The position numbers and the translations under genes were made by a program. Below are positions 20,445 through 31,200 of a stretch of 64,000 nucleotides of DNA, piece after piece. This stretch comes from Deltaproteobacteria bacterium (lineage in GTDB: Bacteria; Bdellovibrionota; UBA2394): NCBI GenBank assembly GCA_017302715.1, contig JAFLCD010000012.1:480-64479 (forward strand). The letters run 5' to 3'. Each line of letters starts with the position of its first letter. Within the stretch, counting starts at the first letter, position 1. The notes beneath the pieces are model-generated. The model ran no database searches, was not told where the DNA came from, and was given only the letters and a program-made list of their open reading frames with translations.

Positions 20445-22178
20445 TTGTATATGGCATTAAAATATTCGGATAATTCGTCGGACCGGACGACAAACTCACT
20501 ACACAAAAAGGCGGATGACGCTCACTTCGAGCAACTTCTTGAGGCCGCTTTCGAAAAAGAACGAAAATTTAAAGACGGAGAAGTGGTTCCAGGAAGAGTG
20601 ATCAAAGTCACTGAAGACCACGTCATCGTTGATATTGGTTTTAAATCAGAGGGCAGTGTTGAAATCGAAGAATTTCAACGTGACTCTGAAGGAAAATACG
20701 AAGTTTCTCCTGGAGATGAACTTCTTGTTTACATTGAAGCCTTAGAAGATGAGCACGGGCATCTTTTGCTTTCGAAAGAAAAAGCAGATCGTCTTAAAAT
20801 TTGGGATGAAATCGCCGACGTATTTGAAAAGGGCGCGGTCATTGAAGGCATCGTCATTGATAAAGTTAAAGGCGGCTTAGTTGTAGATATTGGCGTGAAA
20901 GCTTTCTTGCCAGGTTCACAAATTGGTCTCTTGCCTGTGAAAGATTTGGATTCTTTCGCTCATCAAAATTTAAAATGCAAAATTGTTAAGTTTAACAAGC
21001 GACGAGGAAATATCGTTTTGTCTCGCCGAGCAGTGCTTGAACAAGAGCGCGATTCACGTAAATCCGAAGTTCTCAGTACCCTTGAAGAAGGACAAGTTTG
21101 CGATGGTATCATTAAGAATGTGACCGACTACGGTGTTTTCATCGACTTGGGCGGTATTGATGGATTGCTTCACGTCACCGATATTTCTTGGGGTCGTGCA
21201 GAGAATCCACAGAAGATGTTTCATGTTGGAGATCCCATCAAAGTTAAAATCCTTCGCTACGACAGAGAAAAACAGCGCGTTAGCTTAGGCCTTAAACAAA
21301 TGAGCGATGATCCATGGGTTTTGGTTCCTACCAAATTCCCTTCAGGCTCTGTTGTTAAAGGAAAAGTTGTTAGCTTAACAAATTACGGAGCTTTCATTTC
21401 TCTCGAAGACGGAGTTGAAGGTTTAATCCATATCTCAGAAATGAGCTGGAATAAAAAAGTGAAGAACCCCAATAAACTTTTGGCTGTTGGCCAAGAAGTT
21501 GAAGCAAAGGTTCTTGAAGTCGACGTCGAAAATAAAAAGATTTCACTCGGTATCAAGCAACTCGAAGCTAATCCTTGGGAAGCTTTGATCTATAAATATC
21601 CTATTGGTTCAACGATTAAGGGAACGGTTTCGAATATCACCGATTTCGGTATCTTCGTTTCGGTTGAAGATGGAATCGATGGACTTGTTCACGTCTCCGA
21701 TTTGACTTGGTCTGGAAAATCAAAAAATCCAGCTGAGCTCTATACTCGAGGACAGGAAATCGAAGCCAAAGTTCTGCATATCGATGTCGATCATGAGAAA
21801 TTCTCACTTGGAGTTAAGCAATTGGCCGGCGATCCTTGGGATAAAGCCGACAAACGTTTTGCTCCAGGCACTCGCCTTAAGGGCAAGGTCGTAAGAATTA
21901 CGGATTTCGGAGCTTTTGTTGAGATCGCTCCAGATATCGAAGGCTTGGTACATATTTCTGAAATCGCAGATGAGAAAATTGAAAATGTCGCATCTGTATT
22001 ATCAGAAGGCCAAGAAATTGAAGCCGAAGTCACCAATCTCGATATGAAGGATCGAAAGATTTCACTTTCGATTAAGGCGCTTAAACGTCGCGAAAGTGAT
22101 CAGGAAATGAAGAAATATCTCGATTCGGGAAATTCATTATCCAGTACTTTGGGCGAAGCCTTCAAAAAGAGCAGCTAG
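20445..22178 (+). CDS. rpsA: 30S ribosomal protein S1
   Basis: Six S1 repeats (G.V..V.DFGAF/GL.H.S motifs); TTG/ATG start after GGAAGGAGA SD. Confidence 0.9.
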   Translation: MYMALKYSDNSSDRTTNSLHKKADDAHFEQLLEAAFEKERKFKDGEVVPGRVIKVTEDHVIVDIGFKSEGSVEIEEFQRDSEGKYEVSPGDELLVYIEALEDEHGHLLLSKEKADRLKIWDEIADVFEKGAVIEGIVIDKVKGGLVVDIGVKAFLPGSQIGLLPVKDLDSFAHQNLKCKIVKFNKRRGNIVLSRRAVLEQERDSRKSEVLSTLEEGQVCDGIIKNVTDYGVFIDLGGIDGLLHVTDISWGRAENPQKMFHVGDPIKVKILRYDREKQRVSLGLKQMSDDPWVLVPTKFPSGSVVKGKVVSLTNYGAFISLEDGVEGLIHISEMSWNKKVKNPNKLLAVGQEVEAKVLEVDVENKKISLGIKQLEANPWEALIYKYPIGSTIKGTVSNITDFGIFVSVEDGIDGLVHVSDLTWSGKSKNPAELYTRGQEIEAKVLHIDVDHEKFSLGVKQLAGDPWDKADKRFAPGTRLKGKVVRITDFGAFVEIAPDIEGLVHISEIADEKIENVASVLSEGQEIEAEVTNLDMKDRKISLSIKALKRRESDQEMKKYLDSGNSLSSTLGEAFKKSS

Positions 22179-22340
22179 TTTTAAGGAATCTGGATTTTAA
22201 TCTGACTCTTCGTTGCTCGGGGTGCCATAGGTACACAACCTTATGTCACCCTCCCGACTCGATTCAGATCAAACTTCAGATTCCAAATCTCTTTTTATTT
22301 TAAATGAGGACACGTCCTTTATTTCTGTTAAAAATAGCGC

Positions 22341-23225
22341 GTGGGTAAATTTTTTAAAATCATTCTCGTTATATTTGTCGTCTTTTTACTGATCTCCATT
22401 TTAGGCGGTATCAATAAACTCGTCAGTTCAGCTGATGAGGATGATATTAAGTCCGCCAATATCGGAGTGATCGAAGTCAAAGGTGTTATCACCGATAGCT
22501 TTCCTGTCTTAGAACAAATCCGAGAGTTTAAGAAAAATTCTCAGTTAAAGGCATTGGTCGTTCGCATCAACTCTCCGGGTGGAGCAGTCGGTGCATCCCA
22601 AGAAATTTTTATGGAGCTTAAAAAACTTCGTCCCACCTATCCTGTGATCGTATCGATGGGAGATCTTGCAGCGAGTGGAGGACTTTATGTTTCTTTGGGT
22701 GGTGAAACAGTTTTTGCATTGCCTGGAACTCTGACTGGATCGATGGGGGTTTTACTTGAGCTTACCAATTTTGCGCGTTTGCTCGATAAAATTTATATCG
22801 ACTCGGTCACTATTCGAACGGGTGATCTGAAGGATGCGGGAAATCCCACAAGGCCCTTAGATCCTAAAGCTAAAAAATATTTTGAAACTTTGATTCAGCA
22901 GACTTTTAATTCTTTTAAAGAATCCGTAAAAACTGAGCGAAAAGTTTCGGCTGAAACGATTCAGCTCTTATCAGATGGTCGAGTGGTGGATGGAAACGAG
23001 GCCTTGAAGTTAGGTTTAGTAGATAAAATAGGTACATTTCAAGACGCTGTTAGTTTTGCAAAAGAGAAAGCCAAAATTTCTGGTGATCCGAAACTGACTT
23101 TTTTATCTCGCAAACCCAAAGGTTTGTTTGAAAGAGTTTTGGAGGGTGCAGTTGCGCCGATTCATGATTTGGTAAAAGAATCGTCATCGGTTTTACAATA
23201 TAAGTGGTCACCTTTTGGGCATTAG
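22341..23225 (+). CDS. sppA: Signal peptide peptidase SppA (36K type)
   Basis: N-terminal TM, SMGDLAASGGLYVS serine-protease motif; GTG start. Confidence 0.8.
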   Translation: MGKFFKIILVIFVVFLLISILGGINKLVSSADEDDIKSANIGVIEVKGVITDSFPVLEQIREFKKNSQLKALVVRINSPGGAVGASQEIFMELKKLRPTYPVIVSMGDLAASGGLYVSLGGETVFALPGTLTGSMGVLLELTNFARLLDKIYIDSVTIRTGDLKDAGNPTRPLDPKAKKYFETLIQQTFNSFKESVKTERKVSAETIQLLSDGRVVDGNEALKLGLVDKIGTFQDAVSFAKEKAKISGDPKLTFLSRKPKGLFERVLEGAVAPIHDLVKESSSVLQYKWSPFGH

Positions 23226-23246
23226 ACAGAGCGCAGGAGATTTTTT

Positions 23247-23732
23247 TTGAACCCCATGTTTGCACCATGGCGAATGGAATTCGTCGAAAAATTTAAACCC
23301 TCCGATGGTTGTCCGCTCTGTAGAATTTCAAGTGCGCAGGATGAAAAAGAATTTCAAATTTTAGGACGCGGAAAACTTTGCTTTGTGGTGATGAATAAAT
23401 TTCCATACTCCAATGGTCATCTGATGGTAATTCCCAATCGACATGAATCGGATTGGACTCAATTATCTCAAGAAGAAAGTTATGAGATTGCTGATCTTAC
23501 TCAAAAGTCTTTGCGAGCTATTAAGCTGGCGTTAAATCCAGAAGGTTTCAATTTAGGAGTGAATTTAGGTAAAGCAGCAGGAGCGGGTATCGAAGGTCAT
23601 GTGCATCAGCACATCGTGCCCAGGTGGTTAGGCGATATGAATTTTATGCCGCTGCTCGCAGAAGTTAAAATGATTTCGGAACATTTAGAGACGACTTACG
23701 GACGTATTCGAGAGGCGTGGGTGAAAGTATGA
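23247..23732 (+). CDS. HIT-family nucleotide hydrolase
   Basis: Histidine triad HVHQHIVPR. Confidence 0.7.
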   Translation: MNPMFAPWRMEFVEKFKPSDGCPLCRISSAQDEKEFQILGRGKLCFVVMNKFPYSNGHLMVIPNRHESDWTQLSQEESYEIADLTQKSLRAIKLALNPEGFNLGVNLGKAAGAGIEGHVHQHIVPRWLGDMNFMPLLAEVKMISEHLETTYGRIREAWVKV

Positions 23733-24043
23733 AGCCAAGTTTAAAATTACTTATAGGGATTATTGTATTTGTTATCGCGAGTTTTTTTATCGCAAGATTT
23801 TTCAATGAAAATGCCGAAACGGTTCAAGTGCAATTTTTTTATTGGAGAACCAGAGAAGTTTCTAAGGGCTTTTTCATCGGATTTGTTTTCTTAATCGGCG
23901 TTTTTGTCACCGCATTGCTTTCGTTTTCAACGATTGTCTCGAAATCGTTTGAAACGGCTCGCTTGCGCAGAGAAAATAAAGCCTTAAGAGCCCTTGTTGA
24001 AGCCAAAGGCGAAGACAAAAATATCTCGGAAAATGCAGTTTAA
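23729..24043 (+). CDS. LapA/YciS-like inner-membrane protein (DUF1049-like)
   Basis: Two TM segments then coiled coil RLRRENKALRALVEAKGE; ATGA overlap with HIT gene. Confidence 0.45.
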   Translation: MKPSLKLLIGIIVFVIASFFIARFFNENAETVQVQFFYWRTREVSKGFFIGFVFLIGVFVTALLSFSTIVSKSFETARLRRENKALRALVEAKGEDKNISENAV

Positions 24044-24107
24044 TTATATTTCATTCGCTTATATAAAGAACTCATAGAAATAGGGGGGGTAAAAAAGGAC
24101 GCTCCCT

Positions 24108-25517
24108 ATGTTGAACTCACTTATTCTTTCACTCTCTTTGATTGTCTCTGCTCCTTCCGTCGCTCCACTTCAGCCTGTTGATTGCAAGCAAATCGTTGCT
24201 GTCATTACTCCCGAACTCTCTCGTCCAAAACAAAAAACATTTATGGGTATCGTGGGCAAAACGGATGTTCCGCGCTACGACGTGAACCGTGAAGAGTTCC
24301 TCGTCTTAAAAGACATCCGAGATTTTATTTTATCCGATAAATTTAATATCACCCCGTTTTTGAAAGATCCAGCGACCGCTGTGGCGAGTGAAATTCAAGA
24401 AGCTCGAATTCAGCTTGCTGATCTTTTGGTAGCTAAACTTAATATTCCTTTTTCAGCTTATCGAAAAGCCGAACGAGCCTGGTTGATTGATGAGCAGGAT
24501 CTGCAAAGAAATCGAAAGAGAGATTTTATTGCGTTTATCAGTGCGATGAGTTCTTTAGATCAAACAAGGCAATCGCTTATTTCTCAATTTCGCGCGCAAA
24601 CCAGTTCGGACGCGAAAAATTTAAGTATTTCTAATGAAGGTCGAGAAGCCCTTTTTGTTCTCTATAGACGATCTTCGGTATCCAGAACTCCAGAGTCAGT
24701 AGAAAATTTTGTTCGATTTCTTCTCCAAGATAAAGAGATCGCGCGAAATGAATTAACTTTTCAAGAGGCTGATACGCTGAAATTTTTGAAAAATTCGATT
24801 GAAAATTATCCCATCGAAAAAGCGATTCAAAGACATCTTATGAGTGGCCAATCTGTGCAGGAATTTTCAAGAACTCTAGCTGCTCGATTAGAGGGTAAAG
24901 ATGGATGGCGAACAGCTAAAAAAGATCGAAAAGTTTTTGCTCGTATTTCAAGAGAGATGAAAGTTTTTGGAGGTTCTCATTACGATCGAATGCTTCGATT
25001 TGTTTATTTTATTTTTGAAAAACCATTTGATCCAAGTCAGGTTGATGCGAAAACACGAAAAAAATATCGTAAGATTGCTACGATTTTAGAAGATCAAATT
25101 CCTCGCGGATTTTTTGCATGGGGACATCCTATTCGAAGGTCAGCGAACTTGATCAAAGGTAGCGTCGAAGTGGGCGCCATTTTGGGAGTTGTCGGCGCGA
25201 TTGGAATCGGAGGATCTCATTTGGCAAATTGGGTAGGAACTCATTATCCGCAAAAACTACCTGAGTCTTTGGTTGCACCTTTGCAGGCTGCTCCTCGTGC
25301 TCAACAGATTTATAACTATCGATTGGATGCATTGGAAAAAATGGATCCTGTTATCGATTTTTCCCAGAAAAAATTGGAACCATGGATGGAAAAAGAATTC
25401 TGGCCGGTGTTGAACGAGGGTTATGGGATCGTTAAGAAAAGTGTAGAAGAGGGAATAGTGAATATAAACGAATCATTCACTCCAGCTCGTCAAACACATA
25501 CAACGAACCCACGGTAA
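24108..25517 (+). CDS. Secreted hypothetical protein (469 aa)
   Basis: Signal peptide; no family recognised; 3' end overlaps convergent pilin gene. Confidence 0.45.
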   Translation: MLNSLILSLSLIVSAPSVAPLQPVDCKQIVAVITPELSRPKQKTFMGIVGKTDVPRYDVNREEFLVLKDIRDFILSDKFNITPFLKDPATAVASEIQEARIQLADLLVAKLNIPFSAYRKAERAWLIDEQDLQRNRKRDFIAFISAMSSLDQTRQSLISQFRAQTSSDAKNLSISNEGREALFVLYRRSSVSRTPESVENFVRFLLQDKEIARNELTFQEADTLKFLKNSIENYPIEKAIQRHLMSGQSVQEFSRTLAARLEGKDGWRTAKKDRKVFARISREMKVFGGSHYDRMLRFVYFIFEKPFDPSQVDAKTRKKYRKIATILEDQIPRGFFAWGHPIRRSANLIKGSVEVGAILGVVGAIGIGGSHLANWVGTHYPQKLPESLVAPLQAAPRAQQIYNYRLDALEKMDPVIDFSQKKLEPWMEKEFWPVLNEGYGIVKKSVEEGIVNINESFTPARQTHTTNPR

Positions 25518-25968
25518 AACTTGAGGCGAAGCTTACGGTCCTTCTAAAAATACTGGTGATTCCATCTCCGTTGAGATCACCTTGAGCTTCACAATCTACA
25601 GAATTGGTGGCGGTGACAGTGGTTTGATAAGAGAATTGAATGGGGTCTGTAAAATTAAAAGTTAAATGAGCCCAATTTGGATCTACAGTAAAATCAACCA
25701 CTCTCTTATTTGCGACCGGCGGAAAATTAATAGGACCTACCGCAAGAAACGTAGTGTTTTTTGAATAGTATTCCACTTCACCTGTCGTTAATTTTGAAAC
25801 TCCTTGAACCGCCTCGGTGGTTTTAGCTCGTAAAATATATGTCTTATACATGCCAAGCGCTGTTGCCGCTAAAATAGAAATCATCAGAATAACCAACATA
25901 AGTTCAATCAAAGTGAAAGCTTTGCTCGTCGACCTAATAACGAATGACTTTATTTTCACGGCACACAC
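25477..25968 (-). CDS. Type IV pilin / pseudopilin-like protein with N-terminal methylation motif
   Basis: KA|FTLIELMLVILMISILAATAL prepilin motif (Ala instead of Gly at -1). Confidence 0.6.
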   Translation of the reverse strand: MCAVKIKSFVIRSTSKAFTLIELMLVILMISILAATALGMYKTYILRAKTTEAVQGVSKLTTGEVEYYSKNTTFLAVGPINFPPVANKRVVDFTVDPNWAHLTFNFTDPIQFSYQTTVTATNSVDCEAQGDLNGDGITSIFRRTVSFASSFTVGSLYVFDELE

Positions 25969-28186
25969 CCTTTAATCCTGATTTCTCGTCGTAAAGATAT
26001 AACCTTAGAATACCATAGGCTTTAAGTTTGGATAAGCTTTGCACGCATCGGCTCGTTAAAATGGAATCCGGAGCTGAGGCTATCCAGCCATCCGAGAGAA
26101 CAATTTTTGCTGTGTCTCCTTTTTGACGTATATTTTTTGCGGGCAAAATATCTTTTAGATCATCATTAGAAAGAAGATGAATTCCTTCTTCTTTTTTCAA
26201 AAATTCATCGAGATTTAAAAAGAGAAAAACTCCACCTGCAGCGATGGCTGTCCAGACGATAGTTCTCAATAAATAATATTGAGTTGATTTTACAGTTCTT
26301 GAAAAACGATCTTTCTTAATTTGAATATGGGCAAGACCTGCTAAGGCATTTGCGGCTTCTTCATTGCGATCATTATTTCGGAGCGCCATTTGATAAGCTT
26401 CGCGCGCTTGCGGAATCTGGCCGCGGCTGACATAGATGTGGCCTAAAAGAACCGGTCCCATATCTTGGGATGGGTTCTTTTTGCAGATATCTTCAAGCGA
26501 CTTCAGTGCTTTTTGCTCATTTGCTTCGTTCTTTTCTATTTGAGCTAATTTGAATTCGGCATAACAAGCGTAGGAGACATACTCAATTCCGCGAGGCCAA
26601 ACTTTTGCTGCCCCTTTAAATTTTTCGAGAGCTGTCTTGTAATTATGATTGGCCGAAAACTTAAGGCCTTCTCGAAAATAATCCTGAGCTTCTAAGAATT
26701 TTTTTGAATCTTGAGCGGAATCAGCTTTGAATTGCTTAATTGATTTTAAATATTCCGTTTTAAGGTCAGTGTCCGAAACGGTTTGATAAGCTTTATCAAT
26801 TTTAGAAAGCATATCATCCAGAATTCTTTTTACTTGGCCTGATAATTTGGAACCGTATCGATCAGGATGAAGTCGATAGCGGATGGTACGGTAGGACTCT
26901 TCAATTTCTTCGGTCTTCGATTGAGGAGTGATCTCGAGAATTTCAAAATAATTTTTTGAAAGAAGATCCATGTATTCGCTTTGAATTCTTTCAGCAATTT
27001 CTTTGGGTATTCTTTGTTCCTCTTTAAAATCTTTGGCGAAGTCAGTGGAAGGTTTGAAGTCGCCGGCTTCTTTTGTGCCTTCAGAAATTTGAATGAGTTC
27101 TAGATTCTCTAAAAGAAAGAATACTCGAAAAAGAATCTCATGATTGGATTCGGGCATCTTATTTAAAACTTCGCGAAGACTTTCTTTGGGCGATATCGAT
27201 TCAAGAAAGCTTTTGGAACCCGCATCCAAATTAAGCATCGGCAAAATTTGAAATGCCCTTTGAGAAAACCCGATATGAAAATTTTCTTTGGCTTTGAAAA
27301 AATCTTTTAGAAATTCTTTGGTGTAAATATCTCGATGGGATCTAAAAATAATCAGAAGAGGATTGAATTCGAGAGGGAGAATATACGCAGGTAAATCCTG
27401 TAAAGCTTGAAGCTCATATTCTCCGTCTTTCCAAAGACAGGTATTTACCAAAAGTCTGTAAGTGTGACGTCGAATACCTTCAAATAATTGATTTTTGGAG
27501 AGCGCTTCCATTTTGAGAAGCATCTGACCAAGTTGAAGTCCTTCTTCGACCATTTTCTTAGAAGCTTCGATTTGAATTTCGGGCGTAATAAGGCCCATCA
27601 TGACAAAAGACTGACCTAAACTTTCAGAGATGACGGTGGAGTGGGCGCCTACGGGAAAACCATTTTGAAAAAATATTTTTCTCTGGGCACTTTCTTTAGA
27701 AATCTGCAATTGACCAGTGAAAGCTTCGTTATAAGCGTCGAGCAATAATTTTTCGAAAGGGCGTTGGACTAAAAGCCCCTTTTTTTGAACGCTTTCATTT
27801 TTTGAAAACGATTTGCCGCTGATATTTGAAAGTAATTCATTGATATCAAATGGCTTCGTCCAATACGAATGCAGCCCATGCAAATTAATCAGCTGAGATA
27901 TTTGATTGGGATCTTTGTAGACTCCAGAAATGGCAACCATCTTTAAATTTTCACTGAGTTGATTTTCTTTAAGCTTTGTAAAAAGTTCGGCTCCCATCAC
28001 CTGGGGAAGCAGCATATCGCAGATCAAAAAATCAAAGGGAGATCCTGACGTATGAGCTTGAGAAATAGAATCAAAACCTGATTGCCCATCGAGCACGCTC
28101 TCGACATGAAAGCCTTCGAGGGAGAAGCGATCGCTTAAAAGTTTATTTAAATATTTATCGTCCTCGACGATAAGAACTTTTCCCAT
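25934..28186 (-). CDS. Multidomain signalling protein: N-terminal response-regulator receiver, central unknown region, DnaJ (J) domain, TPR repeats, C-terminal TM segment
   Basis: REC: VLIVEDD...FLICDMLLP...WTKPF; J domain: YFEILEITPQS...YRTIRYRLHPDRY; TPR-like repeats; hydrophobic stretch TIVWTAIAAGGVFLFL. Confidence 0.65.
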   Translation of the reverse strand: MGKVLIVEDDKYLNKLLSDRFSLEGFHVESVLDGQSGFDSISQAHTSGSPFDFLICDMLLPQVMGAELFTKLKENQLSENLKMVAISGVYKDPNQISQLINLHGLHSYWTKPFDINELLSNISGKSFSKNESVQKKGLLVQRPFEKLLLDAYNEAFTGQLQISKESAQRKIFFQNGFPVGAHSTVISESLGQSFVMMGLITPEIQIEASKKMVEEGLQLGQMLLKMEALSKNQLFEGIRRHTYRLLVNTCLWKDGEYELQALQDLPAYILPLEFNPLLIIFRSHRDIYTKEFLKDFFKAKENFHIGFSQRAFQILPMLNLDAGSKSFLESISPKESLREVLNKMPESNHEILFRVFFLLENLELIQISEGTKEAGDFKPSTDFAKDFKEEQRIPKEIAERIQSEYMDLLSKNYFEILEITPQSKTEEIEESYRTIRYRLHPDRYGSKLSGQVKRILDDMLSKIDKAYQTVSDTDLKTEYLKSIKQFKADSAQDSKKFLEAQDYFREGLKFSANHNYKTALEKFKGAAKVWPRGIEYVSYACYAEFKLAQIEKNEANEQKALKSLEDICKKNPSQDMGPVLLGHIYVSRGQIPQAREAYQMALRNNDRNEEAANALAGLAHIQIKKDRFSRTVKSTQYYLLRTIVWTAIAAGGVFLFLNLDEFLKKEEGIHLLSNDDLKDILPAKNIRQKGDTAKIVLSDGWIASAPDSILTSRCVQSLSKLKAYGILRLYLYDEKSGLKGVCRENKVIRY

Positions 28187-28213
28187 TCGTATGTAGTTTA
28201 ACGAAAAAGTCTT

Positions 28214-31200
28214 TTAAAATCGAAGAGATATCGGAGTTCCTACGGCGTTTGAAGAAGTGTTAACAATTTCGAGTGAATCATTGCTTTGACACAATACGTA
28301 AAGATACTTCACCGCAGTGATCGTAATTTCCATCATCTTGGTGGGACCACATCCCGAAGTGAGACTGACCGTAGCGGCAACAGCATCGGTACTGAGATTG
28401 AGTACCGTTAAGCTATCATCCGAAAAATTAGAAATAAAAGTTTTGGTGGCGGAGTCGACAGCATAAGCATGCAGCGGCATGGATCCTGTGGCGACATCGC
28501 TGGAAGACCCGGATTCGTTAAAAATCCGAACGACATCAGCTCCTGGATAAGTGACATAAGTTTTAAGATAAGTCGTTCCCACAGAGGTTGAAATGTGAAG
28601 AGGAGAGGCCGAGAGCGCAAGATTTGTAGTTAGACGAAATCCCGAAGTAAAATTGGTGTACATCGATTTTGTAGACGGACTAAGGGCATAAAGCACTGCC
28701 GACGTTGGATTATAAACGGCTTCTCTAAGTCCAAAGTAAATCAAACTGTCGGTTGAAGTTACGGCATTAGTTGTTCCGTTAATCGTAGAAATAGTTGTGG
28801 AGCCTTCATGTACGACGGACACCGCATTAGTCGAAGGATTCACTGCAACGTCATATGGATCTGTCGACACACTGACATGCGAAATCGCAGCATTCGTCGC
28901 CGAGTTAAAGATGCTCACCGAATTTGATTTCATATTGGCGACATAGAGTTTGCTATTGGCGGTGCTTACGGCCATGGCCATGGGACGTTTTTGAGTAGAA
29001 AGAAATCCAATCGAAGCAAGATCTCCGTTGGTATCGAGGCCAAGTACCGAGATGCTATCGCTTGAACTACAGAGCGCGAACAATTTTGAATTGGTAGTGT
29101 CGAGTGCCAATTCAGTGGGGGAATCGCAGACAGAATATATGCTGAGTGCTGAGGTAGAAGCATTGAGAATTCCGATGGCGTTGATCGAGCGAAGAGAAAC
29201 ATAAATGCGACCTTTGGCTGTCCAAGAAACAATATCGCTTGCCGTATTATTCAGCGCAGAGGCAAGACTCTCGCGTTGATGAAGAGCGCTGATGCGTTGA
29301 ACGACAGGTTTAGAAAAATCAGCCATCCATACCATTTCGGATCCATCGAATGCTGTTACAGCTGGATCCACATCGATGGGGAGTGTCTGATTTGCAAAAG
29401 TAGTGGATGACATATTGGCTATCGGAAAAATTCCTACAGATTTTTTAGAGGGGTAGTATGTAAAAATATTTGAAGAAGATGAAACGCCCGAAGAAAAAAC
29501 TCTGCTGAAAGGAGAGAGAGTTTTGCTTTCTCCATCTGAATTTACAAGAGCAGTTTCATTGAGAAGTCCTGCGATGACTTTATTTCCGTTGCCGCTCAGA
29601 AGATGGGGTGAACTTGAGAGAGTTGCATCCGTACTGGTTGTTGGCGTAACCGTTGAGAAAGACATTCCGTTCATGCTCGATGCGATGGCGCCGGTGGTTT
29701 GAAGTGCAATGTCTGTAAAACTTCCGGGCAAAGTATGAGTCGCTTGGACTGCCATATTCGAAGCGCGAAGAGCGACTACTTTATTGCTGCCGCCCACATA
29801 CAAAGTGGCGGGAGTGTCCGCCGATTGATAAATAATTTTTTTAGGCGTGATGCTGAGAGCGGTATTGCTTACAAAAGCTTCGGATCCTGAAGTGATATCA
29901 ATCGTCGTAACAGACTGAGAGGTCTCATTGACCGCCCAAAGTCGATTCGCGGTCGCGTTGAAATCAAAATGAACAGGCCGAGTTTGAGTCGAGAGGTTCG
30001 TAACGGCATTGCTTGCAAGATTGATGACCGATAGTGAATTGGATCCTCGATTCAAAACGTAGAGACGATTCGTGCGATAGCCGATTTGAACGGGAGATGT
30101 CTGCACATTGAAATGTCGTAAGCGCCAATTAGAAGAGCTGAGTTCACTAAGTGAATACGCTGTATTCGCAGCTGTTGAAACAAAATGCATCACACTTGTG
30201 GATTGAGCGGCTATGGAATCAATGGACTGGGGTTGATAGAGAGTGTCTGAGATGGCTTGAGTTGTAAGATCGACAATACTTATGGCGTTGCCGGTATTGC
30301 TGACAAGCACTGCAGAATCCAAAGCTCCGTAGTGGCCGATATCGTTCATCACGACCGGTAAAGTAATCGTCGTGGTCGTAAAAGTATGAGTGGGATTAGA
30401 GGCGATGGCTGTTTTATGAAGAATAAGTTTTCGATCGGATTGCATCACGGCTACAAAACGATTGGTTCCGTCTGAACCCACGAGCATCTTGATAGGATTT
30501 TCTCCGGCAGAAATAGATTTTACAAAGACATCGCTTGTGTCGTAAATATTTACGAGTTTGTCTGAAGGGCAAAACACATAGCGGTATCGTGAAGCCGATT
30601 CAAAATCTCTCATCATTTGCACAGGAGATCGGCAGGTCGAGAAAGTCGTCGAAGAAGTGAAGCCTGTATTGTAGTGACGAATATAATCATTTCCAAAAGT
30701 CGTAGTGGCAACTCCAATCGTATGATTATTATTCGATTGAATCGTCACAAAAAGTTCTGAAGAGTCGAGATCGTAAAGTGGTTTTCCAAATTGAGCGTGA
30801 CGAGATTCGCTCATCGTTTCCGCCGCTGTCAAAGCACTCATGGTCGAGCCTTGATAAGATCGCAAAATAAGTCCGGTGGCATTTTGGTAGCCGACAAAGA
30901 TCGTGGGATCTGCGGCGGTTGTGGATTGAATCCATTGAGGAGACGCAATCGATGCAGAAAGTGCCGAAGAGCAAAGAGTGGTGGTGTTGGGTGTGAGCGT
31001 ATAGGAGTAAACGGTATTTGCTTTTTTATCGGCGACAATGAGTCGATACGTTGTTCCCGAAGCGGATTCGGCTATATGAATATCGCTGATTTCTTGAAAG
31101 CCTGTGCAAGAAAGACTGCTGATCACGGGAACGCCAGATACGTTTGTTCCGTAGTAAATTTTGTTGCGAGCTTGATTTGTAAAAACAAATTCAGTGCTCG

